Assembly: GCA_043813875.1 (NCBI GenBank)
Contig: JBDRKP010000005.1
Location: forward strand, 1 to 39,382
Origin: an archaeon
Lineage (GTDB): Archaea > EX4484-52 > B79-G9
DNA: 39,382 nt
Reading direction: 5' to 3'
Each line of letters starts with the position of its first letter. Position 1 is the stretch's first letter. This document shows positions 8,968-16,966 of the stretch, piece by piece. The position numbers and the translations under genes are program-made. Below the pieces are notes generated by a model that was not told the DNA's origin, made no database searches, and worked only from the letters and a program-made list of their open reading frames with translations.

Positions 8968-10272
8968 ATGTCTTCAGTCTGTTTCTATTTTCAAGTACAT
9001 CAGCCACGCCGCCTTAAGCCAGGCCATGTGATTGATACCCGCGGCTGCATGACGCCAGAGAAGCTTGAGCGTGAGATTTTTGATGACAAGAAGAATAAAG
9101 AGGTCTTAAAAAAGGTGGCTTCAAAGTGTTATTATCCTGCCAACAAGACGATGCTTGAGCAGATCGATCTTTATAAGAACCAGAAGAGGAAGTTCAAGAT
9201 ATCTTATTCTATGCCTGGCCTGTTTCTTGAGACAATGGAGAGGTTCGATAAGGATCTTCTTGAGACTTTTGTGCAGCTTGCAAAAACAGGCTGCGTGGAG
9301 TTTTTGAATGAGACCTATTATCATTCGCTGTCGAGTTTCTGGGGCAAGGATACCGAGAGGCCGGAGTTCGTTGAACAGGTGAGGCTGAATCACCAGAAAA
9401 TAAAGGATATCCTTGGTGTCGAGCCCAGGGTTTTTCGGAATACGGAGCTTCTTTATAATGACCTGATAGCAAAGACTGTGGAGAAGATGGGGTATATCGG
9501 TATTCTTGCAGAGGGGATTGAGAGGGTGCTTGAGGGCTGGAAGTCGCCGGAGCACATATACAGTCCGCCGGGTTCGAATATTGCTGTGCTTCTTCGGCAT
9601 TATTCGCTGAGTGACGATATGTCTTATCGGTTCTCTGCCAGGTGGTTCAAGCACTGGCCTGTGACCGCTGAGAAATACTCGACGTGGGTCGCTGCGTGCC
9701 AGGGGGAGACTATCAATCTTTTTATGGATTATGAGACGTTCGGCGAGCATCAATGGGACGATACAGGCATCTTCTGGTTTCTTAAGCATCTGCCGTATGA
9801 GATCATGAAGTGGGAGCATGTCGAATTTCTTACGCCGAGCGAGACGATTGAGAGGTATCCTGTCAGGGGAACGCTATCCGTGAATGAGTTTGATACGATA
9901 TCGTGGGCGGATATGGAGAGGGATTCTTCGGCATGGCTGGGCAATAGCATGCAGCAGCTTGTCTTCAGTGAGCTTGAAAGGGTAGGGAATGTCGTCAAGA
10001 TGACGCGGAACCCTCATCTTCTGAATATATGGAGGTCGCTGCAGACGTCTGATCATCTTTATTATTGCTGCACCAAGCACTGGTCGGATGGTGATGTGCA
10101 TAAGTATTTCAGCCCGTACGATACGCCGCACCAGTCGTTTGAGGGGCTGATAAAGGCGCTTGCGCAGCTTGAAATCGTTGCAGTGAGGACTCTGAATTCG
10201 GATGCTGAAAGGGAGAGGGCTATTGATCATGAGAAGCATACTGTGAGGTATCCCGGGTCTCAAGAAGTGTGA
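8968..10272 (+). CDS. Glycoside hydrolase family 57 (alpha-amylase-like)
   Basis: FQVHQP, ETYYHSL, FRNTEL (nucleophile Glu), MDYETFGEH (acid/base Asp), QTSDH. Start trimmed to ATG 8968. Confidence 0.93.
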   Translation: MSSVCFYFQVHQPRRLKPGHVIDTRGCMTPEKLEREIFDDKKNKEVLKKVASKCYYPANKTMLEQIDLYKNQKRKFKISYSMPGLFLETMERFDKDLLETFVQLAKTGCVEFLNETYYHSLSSFWGKDTERPEFVEQVRLNHQKIKDILGVEPRVFRNTELLYNDLIAKTVEKMGYIGILAEGIERVLEGWKSPEHIYSPPGSNIAVLLRHYSLSDDMSYRFSARWFKHWPVTAEKYSTWVAACQGETINLFMDYETFGEHQWDDTGIFWFLKHLPYEIMKWEHVEFLTPSETIERYPVRGTLSVNEFDTISWADMERDSSAWLGNSMQQLVFSELERVGNVVKMTRNPHLLNIWRSLQTSDHLYYCCTKHWSDGDVHKYFSPYDTPHQSFEGLIKALAQLEIVAVRTLNSDAERERAIDHEKHTVRYPGSQEV

Positions 10273-10327
10273 AGCTTTATCTGATGTGTAGAAACAAACT
10301 TGATTTTTTAGAAGTATTGCCCTGGGA

Positions 10328-10843
10328 TTACTCTACGATGACCCTGCTCTTTACGCCCAGCTTATCACCGGCACGTCTCATGGCTTCTTTTGCAATTGTT
10401 ATGTGTTCTGAATTGACGTTGATACTTATAATCGGCTGGTCTTTCTTTACACGAGCTGCTGTGCTTGTCGGTTTCCCGAACGGGTGTGACATGCCCTGAT
10501 AGAAACGGTCTGCCTGCGCGATGGCAGCCTGGGCGTGCTCTCTTAATACCTGGTGCGGGTAGACGCGCACTTTGAGGAAGTAGTTCTTTTCTTCTGTGTT
10601 CTTCCTGATGTAAGCATTAGCAGCGACACGGCATGCTTCAAGAGCATTGTGCCTGAGTTGTGAGTTTTTGTCAATGACAAGGTATAGTGTGTGGTCGAAG
10701 TCGCCTTTCGCGTTACCCATGTTGAAAGTGTTCAGTTTAGAGCCTGGAACTCCTTTGATGTATGATTTGCGGTGTACCTTGATGGCTCTTCTTGTGTACG
10801 GTCTTTTGAATTCCTTGTAAATCCTCGCTGGTCTTAATCCCAT
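10328..10843 (-). CDS. rpl10e: 50S ribosomal protein L10e (uL16)
   Basis: MGLRPAR...RPYTR, RHNALEACR, YPHQVLREH, ADR..GM..PFGKP, EAMRRA..KL. Confidence 0.96.
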   Translation of the reverse strand: MGLRPARIYKEFKRPYTRRAIKVHRKSYIKGVPGSKLNTFNMGNAKGDFDHTLYLVIDKNSQLRHNALEACRVAANAYIRKNTEEKNYFLKVRVYPHQVLREHAQAAIAQADRFYQGMSHPFGKPTSTAARVKKDQPIISINVNSEHITIAKEAMRRAGDKLGVKSRVIVE

Positions 10844-11030
10844 GTCGTATCACTTTTTTAGTAATTTTTATAATCAAAATATGTGTTTTGTTGTGCAGAA
10901 TATCATCATAATTCAACCTTAAGCTTTAAAAAGTTATTTGTCTGTCCGTTTCGGATTTGGGGTTTAATGAGATGTTTTATATATGACGTGCGTTCAAATA
11001 AAAATGTATAGAGATTTGTGTGTGAAATCT

Positions 11031-11756
11031 ATGAGAATGGTGCTGCTTGGGATTCTTCTGGTTTTAGCGCTTTTGCTTAATCCTATGGTGTTTTTGTTCC
11101 TGTCTCTCGCGTTTTTTGTCATCCTTTTCAGGCATGAGATAGCTCATGTGCTGACAGAGGTTGCTTTGTTTATCGGGCTTTTGGTGATCCTCATCTTCAT
11201 GTTCTCGAGCAAAGCCATTCTTGTGATATTGACGGCGCCTTTCAGGAATTTTGATATATTGTGGGCGATCCTGCCGCTGCTGCTTGCGTGGATTGTTCTT
11301 GAGGTCTATTTCAGCAAGCATGAGGATGAGAATATGGGGTGGAATACTGCTGTCTGCAATGGGCTGATGCTTTTCTGGGCAGGGCTGAATATATTGTTTT
11401 CATTGAGCAGGACAGGGTATGTCCTGATGAAGATCGCGGTCATGGTCATTCTTATGGGGTATGGCGTCTTTCTTGCGTATGCGGCGTTTACGCACCGGTA
11501 TTCTTCTGGCCTGACTTTCAGGCTCGCGTCGACGAATGTGGTCTATTATTCCGGGATCATGGGGGTCCTTTATGCCCATGATGTTGTCCTGCTTACTGTG
11601 CGGAGTGTCTCTTCGTCTTTTGTTCTGCTTGGATTGATACTTCTTTTGATCAGGATCGTGAAGAAGATCAGGAGGGTGCGCAGAAATGGAAGCAAGACTG
11701 ATGATGCCGGCCTGCCTGAGAAGGATGGGCGTGATGCGGCGCCTATAGTATCCTAA
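11031..11756 (+). CDS. Hypothetical multi-pass membrane protein
   Basis: Several hydrophobic segments, GWNTA loop motif, basic C-terminal tail. The start is uncertain (10983-11037). Confidence 0.75.
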   Translation: MRMVLLGILLVLALLLNPMVFLFLSLAFFVILFRHEIAHVLTEVALFIGLLVILIFMFSSKAILVILTAPFRNFDILWAILPLLLAWIVLEVYFSKHEDENMGWNTAVCNGLMLFWAGLNILFSLSRTGYVLMKIAVMVILMGYGVFLAYAAFTHRYSSGLTFRLASTNVVYYSGIMGVLYAHDVVLLTVRSVSSSFVLLGLILLLIRIVKKIRRVRRNGSKTDDAGLPEKDGRDAAPIVS

Positions 11757-12012
11757 AGCTGTCATGCATCTCTCTGGTTTTTGACTCTGCTGTTTCTACG
11801 CTGTCTACACGTGATGCTTCTGGGCCAATTTTCAGTTCGTCTATGAAATCGGCTATTTTGTCTTCTTCTCCTATGGCCAAGGCTTCCACTCTTCCGTCAT
11901 CGAGGTTTTTTACCCACCCGTTGATGCCGTGCCTTTCTGCCGCGTCTTTGGTGAATGCCCTGTACCAGACGCCCTGGACTCTTCCAGAGACTAAGATGTG
12001 AATGCATATCAT
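11743..12012 (-). CDS. acyP: Acylphosphatase
   Basis: SGRVQGVWYR, GWVKN..DGRVE; GGTGA 4 nt upstream. Confidence 0.95.
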   Translation of the reverse strand: MICIHILVSGRVQGVWYRAFTKDAAERHGINGWVKNLDDGRVEALAIGEEDKIADFIDELKIGPEASRVDSVETAESKTREMHDSFRIL

Positions 12013-12030
12013 GTCATCACCGAAATCTGT

Positions 12031-14340
12031 TCATCTGTATTCGCGCTCTATTATCTCTCGTATCTTTTTTGCTTTTTCCTCACCGATGCCGTCCACTTTC
12101 ATGAGGCGTTCGTCGCTTGCGGTTATCACTTTCTTTACTGACCTGAATTGCGTGAGGAGGCGCTTTGCAAGGACGGAGTTGATGTTTGGGAGCATGCCTA
12201 TGATCGATTCCTGTTGTTCTGCCAAAGTCTGCGGTTTTTTTGTGCCTTTTATCTGGATCGTGCGGCTCTTGTCGTCCTGCTCGCGCCTCGCGAGCGTGAT
12301 TATGAGTTCTGCTGTCTCTTTTGATGTATTTGTCCAGAGGATCGGTATGCGGAAGTCTACTGAGATGGAGTTTATTGCGCCTTTTATGGCGTTCGGGTGG
12401 ATGTTTCTTTGGCCGTAGAGATCCGTGCCTTCAAGGATCAGGATGGGGCGGTCGAAGCTGGATGCCATAGACTTCATCTGGCTGAAGAGCCTGCCGTCTA
12501 TTATGGACTGGAGGAAGTCTTCGTATGTCTTTCTTTCGATGCAGAGCCTGTCGCTCAATAGGAAGTCCCCTACTTCAAGCTGGGCTGCGCGCAGTTCGAA
12601 CCCGTCATTTTCAAGCTCTTTTAGCTCTTTTAAGAGCTTTCTTTCTCTGGTGTCTGTGTATACGATAACGGGTTCCCTGTTCGAGTATCTGTCTAGTGAT
12701 TCCTGTTTTTTTATTTTCAGGTCTGTGTCTTTCTTTTTGGAGATGGAGACTGCGCCGGAATTGAAGCTGTCTTTCAATGTCTTCAAGACTGATTTCATCT
12801 TGCTTTCCTTGTGTCTTGAGGACCAGTAATATGCGTCGTCGATTGTTCCTTTTGCGACCAGTATGTGGACTTCTCCCTCTTTCAGCCTGCCTGTCCTCCC
12901 GCGGCGCTGTATCGATCGGATCTCTGAGGGTATCGGCTCGTAGAATATGACTATGTCCACTTTCGGGATGTCGAGGCCTTCTTCTGCGACGGATGTAGCG
13001 ACGAGGCAGTTGTATTTGCCGTCCCTGAACTCGTCTAAGATCTCAATCTGCCTTTTTTGCGAGAGGCCTTTGCGCTGGCCTATGAATGCCAGGGGCTTTA
13101 TCTTTTCGTTTTCAATGTGGTTTTTTATCTCGTCAACGGTCTTTACGTATTGCGTGAAGATTATGACTTTCTTGTTTCCAGTCAGATTCTTTTCAAGAAT
13201 CTTTTTTATCTCGTCCATCTTTGGATGGATCATGTTTTCTTCGACTATGAAATTCACGATGTTTTCCGCCATCCTGAAATTCTCGTCGGCCAGTATGCTT
13301 CTTACTGCTTTTGTCTTCTGGTCGCCTTTCATCTTGATTATGTAATCCTGCAGCTGTCTTGGACCCTGGCTTTCCAGGAGCTCTATCGCATGGTTGAGCT
13401 TTATGCACTGGGCGATGAGGGACATCGCGTTGTACATGGAGGGGTCTTTTGTCTTTACTGCCTCTGATGATACCTGTTTTTGCATGTCAAGGAGTATCTT
13501 TTTTGATACTTTTTTTGTGGTTATCAGGTGCATCTTTTTCAGCTGGTCCAGGCGATCGTTGAGCGCGGCGTCGAAGTATTTCCTTGCCCTTATATAGTCT
13601 GTCGGCAGGTCTATCTGGACCCAGTTCATGTTGATGGGCTGGATATATTCTTTTACGTCCCAGTCTTTTTCGGTCCTTATCTCTACGTTCTCTATGAACA
13701 GGTTGCCGCAGATGATGCCTATTTTCTCTTTCGTGCCCCCGGGCGATGCTGTGAGGCCAAGGATGAGCGGGTTAGCTGATGTCTCCATGTATTTTCTTGC
13801 GATGTATGTGTATGCGTAGTCGCCTGATGTACGGTGGGCTTCGTCAAAGCATATCAATGAGAAGTCGTCGAGCTTTAGCTTGCCTGTGACAAGGTCGTTT
13901 TCTACGACCTGCGGTGTCGAGAAGAATACCTGGTGGGATTTCCATAGCTTTTCGCGCTCAACCGGTGAGTCTTTTCCTGTTATCGTGGCGAATCGATCCA
14001 TGTCTATGAGCATGGCTTTCCTGAATGATGTGTCGTGCTGGTTGACGAGGGGTTTGGTGGGGGCAAGAATGAGGATTTTTGAGTCCGGGTGTTTTGATAG
14101 CCTGATGGCAGTGAGGCCGATCGCTACCGGCGTCTTTCCTGTGCCTGTCGGGAGGACGACAAGTGTGTTCTTTTTTGAGGCTGACGCGATGATGGTCTCC
14201 TGGTAGAGCCTTTTTTCGATCGAGTTCTCTTTTATCAATGGGTGCGTGAAGTATGATGATTCTTGTGGTTGTTCTGATTTTCCGGGAGCGCTGGGAAGGT
14301 CAGTTGTCTTTTTATCTTCTGCGGCCGGAGTTTCTTCCAT
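12031..14340 (-). CDS. hef: Hef (FANCM-like SF2 helicase fused to ERCC4 nuclease and HhH)
   Basis: PTGTGKT, DEAH, TAS, EEGLD, QRRGRTGR; GDF...ERK nuclease motif; C-terminal GIG hairpin. Confidence 0.96.
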   Translation of the reverse strand: MEETPAAEDKKTTDLPSAPGKSEQPQESSYFTHPLIKENSIEKRLYQETIIASASKKNTLVVLPTGTGKTPVAIGLTAIRLSKHPDSKILILAPTKPLVNQHDTSFRKAMLIDMDRFATITGKDSPVEREKLWKSHQVFFSTPQVVENDLVTGKLKLDDFSLICFDEAHRTSGDYAYTYIARKYMETSANPLILGLTASPGGTKEKIGIICGNLFIENVEIRTEKDWDVKEYIQPINMNWVQIDLPTDYIRARKYFDAALNDRLDQLKKMHLITTKKVSKKILLDMQKQVSSEAVKTKDPSMYNAMSLIAQCIKLNHAIELLESQGPRQLQDYIIKMKGDQKTKAVRSILADENFRMAENIVNFIVEENMIHPKMDEIKKILEKNLTGNKKVIIFTQYVKTVDEIKNHIENEKIKPLAFIGQRKGLSQKRQIEILDEFRDGKYNCLVATSVAEEGLDIPKVDIVIFYEPIPSEIRSIQRRGRTGRLKEGEVHILVAKGTIDDAYYWSSRHKESKMKSVLKTLKDSFNSGAVSISKKKDTDLKIKKQESLDRYSNREPVIVYTDTRERKLLKELKELENDGFELRAAQLEVGDFLLSDRLCIERKTYEDFLQSIIDGRLFSQMKSMASSFDRPILILEGTDLYGQRNIHPNAIKGAINSISVDFRIPILWTNTSKETAELIITLARREQDDKSRTIQIKGTKKPQTLAEQQESIIGMLPNINSVLAKRLLTQFRSVKKVITASDERLMKVDGIGEEKAKKIREIIEREYR

Positions 14341-14486
14341 GAGTTATCTTGCGCTTGATGTTTTAAATATATTTTATGTGTGGCTTGCCGATAGAATTGG
14401 TGTTATGGTTTAATTATTACTATGGCTTGAAAGCATGCAAATAAATAAACATATAACTTTACTATCATAGAGTTATAAGTGATATT

Positions 14487-14870
14487 ATGGTATCTAAGTA
14501 TGTCATAGTTGCGGAAGACACTCCAAATGATTTAGAACTCAATCTGGCTTTTATTAAAAGATTCATTGAGGATAATAATTTGGATGTGGAAATCCATCAG
14601 GTGTATGATGGACGACCTCTTGTAGATAAAGTCAAGGCTGCTGAAGTGGCATATGATATTATCTTTACTGACAATCGGATGCTTGAGCTGTATGGTAGTG
14701 AGGCGATAAAACAAATAAGGGCTCTTGGGTTCAAAATGCCGATCTGCATGGTGAGCGGTGATGATTATTCTGTTGAGAGGGCTGTGTTAGATTCAGGGGC
14801 TAATGATTTCATCCACAAGCCTGTTTCTTATGGGGCTTTTGAGGCTGTTCTGAAGAAGTACTTGCTGTAG
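14487..14870 (+). CDS. Stand-alone response regulator receiver (CheY-like)
   Basis: AED acidic pocket, IFTD phosphoacceptor, SG, FIHKP. Confidence 0.88.
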   Translation: MVSKYVIVAEDTPNDLELNLAFIKRFIEDNNLDVEIHQVYDGRPLVDKVKAAEVAYDIIFTDNRMLELYGSEAIKQIRALGFKMPICMVSGDDYSVERAVLDSGANDFIHKPVSYGAFEAVLKKYLL

Positions 14871-14986
14871 GTGAGTGGTACTTGGTTTTTAGGGGCGAGA
14901 TAGAAACAAGTCTTACCTGAATTTTGCAGGGTATTTTTGGGTTATAAATGAGGGCTGAGGTTCTTGGTATGGCTAAAAGCCGGGTG

Positions 14987-16258
14987 CTAGTCTTTTATGG
15001 CGCCGGGGCTGCCGCCTGCGTGCCAGCTCATGCGCGGGCGCATCCTTAATTGGATTATCCTTTCCGAGTTGTCGTCGAGGACCAGTGCTGCGCCTTTTAC
15101 TCTCGGGAGGGCGTCGTAGTAGTCGGCGATCCCGTATTTCTGGTATGTCTGCATCGTGCTTGCAAGGGCATTGATGTCGTCGCTTGATGTCAGACGGTGG
15201 GATATCACGAGGTCGCACTGGGATATGGCTTCCTGGTGGAGCTTGTTTGGCATCTGGGTGGCAAGGACCAGTGATACTCCCGGCTCTCTTCCGATCTTTA
15301 CCCATTGGAGGAGCGGTCCTGATGAGGGGGTCATGCCTTCTCTTGGCAAAAACTGGTGGGCTTCGTCTATAAGCATCCATGTTATCGGCATATGCTGGCT
15401 TTTTTTTGTGCCGCCCATATCATCGAGCTCTTCCTGCCTGCGCGCTTTCATCCTCTCTTCAAGGATCTTTCTTGCGAGTAGCCCGACGACGAGCGAGTTC
15501 ACAGACCAGCCGCCGCTTGAGAGGCCGAACTGGCTTACGTCGATCACGCATATCTTGCCTGGCTTGATTATATCGAATATCGATGTCCCTTTCGGGTTGA
15601 AGATACCCCAGCTCTCTGCCACGATGAACCTGTTGATGAGGGCTTCTTTTGCGACATGGTCTACGTTCTGCTCTCCTATCTTTTCGATGATGTCCTCAAG
15701 AGAGAAGTCTTTTTTGTCCTCGTTCATCATCTTTATGACTTTCGATAGCAATAAACCCATCTCAGTGTCGAGGTCTATGTTGAATGTGAGCGCCCATGAG
15801 CCGATGTCAAGTTCGCTTGGCTTGAAGCTGTAGGTGCCGTCGTATGGTATCTTGTTCTCGTTGAAGAGACTGACAAGGCCCTCGGGGATGAGCACGTCTA
15901 TCGGGAATCCTTTCGGTTTTGAGTGCCATGACGCGAGGAGCTGGAAGTCGCGCTCGTTGGGCTCTTTCATCGACCAGTATATGCCCATGGTGTCTATTAT
16001 CAGGGCTGCCATGTTCATCCTGATATCATCCGGCTGGTTGGCTATCTCTTCTGCGATGGAGCCCATCGAATATGATTTACCCTGGCCACGCTTGCCGAAC
16101 AGGCCGATTATATGAGGGCGCGCGAGGTCGATGCGCACAAAAGTGGTCAGATGCTGATCCCCTTTCTTTCCGACAAAGTGCTTCCCGATGATTCCCGTGC
16201 CTTTGGTACCGAATTTTTCAAGGTCGTCCAGGCTTCTGCCTATTATGATTTCGTGCAT
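14987..16258 (-). CDS. HerA/FtsK-superfamily ATPase (DUF87-like)
   Basis: Walker A GKRGQGKS, Walker B LIDEAH, GRE.GVSLVLATQ. Start trimmed to MHEIIIGR because the ORF-track extension overlaps plus-strand genes. Confidence 0.9.
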   Translation of the reverse strand: MHEIIIGRSLDDLEKFGTKGTGIIGKHFVGKKGDQHLTTFVRIDLARPHIIGLFGKRGQGKSYSMGSIAEEIANQPDDIRMNMAALIIDTMGIYWSMKEPNERDFQLLASWHSKPKGFPIDVLIPEGLVSLFNENKIPYDGTYSFKPSELDIGSWALTFNIDLDTEMGLLLSKVIKMMNEDKKDFSLEDIIEKIGEQNVDHVAKEALINRFIVAESWGIFNPKGTSIFDIIKPGKICVIDVSQFGLSSGGWSVNSLVVGLLARKILEERMKARRQEELDDMGGTKKSQHMPITWMLIDEAHQFLPREGMTPSSGPLLQWVKIGREPGVSLVLATQMPNKLHQEAISQCDLVISHRLTSSDDINALASTMQTYQKYGIADYYDALPRVKGAALVLDDNSERIIQLRMRPRMSWHAGGSPGAIKD

Positions 16259-16315
16259 GTATATCTTATGGAATTCGCAAGATATATATCTTTGTCGAAC
16301 TAATAGTAGGTGTAT

Positions 16316-16489
16316 ATGAAGCTTGAGTCTATACTTAAGGATAAGGACGTGGTGAATAATCTGTCCTCTCTTCTTGAAAAGCATACTGTCGGCGGGGAGA
16401 TCGAGTTCGATGATACAGAGATACAGATTTCTGATTACAAGGCTGTGCTGAACGGCAGGCTGAATATTAAGGTTCTGAAGGTGGTCTAG
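16316..16489 (+). CDS. Small hypothetical protein (57 aa)
   Basis: Below the ORF-track cutoff: MKLESILKDKDVVNNLSSLLEKHTVGGEIEFDDTEIQISDYKAVLNGRLNIKVLKVV; AGGTG upstream; stop directly abuts the next ATG. Confidence 0.7.
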   Translation: MKLESILKDKDVVNNLSSLLEKHTVGGEIEFDDTEIQISDYKAVLNGRLNIKVLKVV

Positions 16490-16717
16490 ATGGTAATGGC
16501 GAAGATTACGCTGGATGATAAGCATGTGTGCAGTGCGCACATGAAGGGCGAGGCGCTGCATCTGTCGGTGAGCAATTATTCCAAACTGCTTGTTTCGCCG
16601 CGGTTCGTGAAGCTTGCGCTTTCGCTAAAAGCGGCAACGAGGGATGCAGAGGGTACGGAAAAAGGGCTTGATGTCAAGTTTGATGCGGGTTTCATCAAGG
16701 GTATTTTTTCAAGATGA
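16490..16717 (+). CDS. Small hypothetical protein (75 aa)
   Basis: Directly follows the 57-aa ORF, AGGTGG upstream, codon style matches neighbouring plus-strand genes. Confidence 0.65.
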   Translation: MVMAKITLDDKHVCSAHMKGEALHLSVSNYSKLLVSPRFVKLALSLKAATRDAEGTEKGLDVKFDAGFIKGIFSR

Positions 16718-16785
16718 GCTGCTCATACTGCTTAAGGAATTGCCGGAAGTTCTGATGCATCTTTTTTTTGGCTTTGGTGCTCTTG

Positions 16786-16886
16786 TATAGTCAAAGACAG
16801 AACTTTTTGCACTGTCTTTGCCATATAGATTAACGCCTTTTTGTCTATTGGATAAGCAGGTTATGGTGGTAAAGGCGTTAACTATA
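16786..16886 (+). repeat. Modular hairpin element copy C (101 bp, minimal two-hairpin form)
   Basis: TATAGT-CAAAGACAG/CTGTCTTTG-CCAT-ATAG..TAACGCCTTT/AAAGGCGTTA-ACTATA. Confidence 0.82.
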
Positions 16887-16897
16887 CAAAAAAATTA

Positions 16898-16905
16898 TTT
16901 ATATA
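16898..16905 (+). promoter_or_regulatory. Candidate TATA box for the coiled-coil gene
   Basis: TTTATATA preceded by an A-rich BRE-like tract, about 60 nt before ATG 16967. Confidence 0.45.
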
Positions 16906-16966
16906 TGGTCAGCTATTATTTTATGTGGGTAGCACTTAGTGCTCTTTATTGAAGTGAGGATATGCA

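Noticed and set aside
16259..16561. 101-aa N-terminal extension of the HerA-like ORF
   Set aside because: It is antisense to two plus-strand ORFs with SD motifs; recognisable sequence starts at MHEIIIGR.
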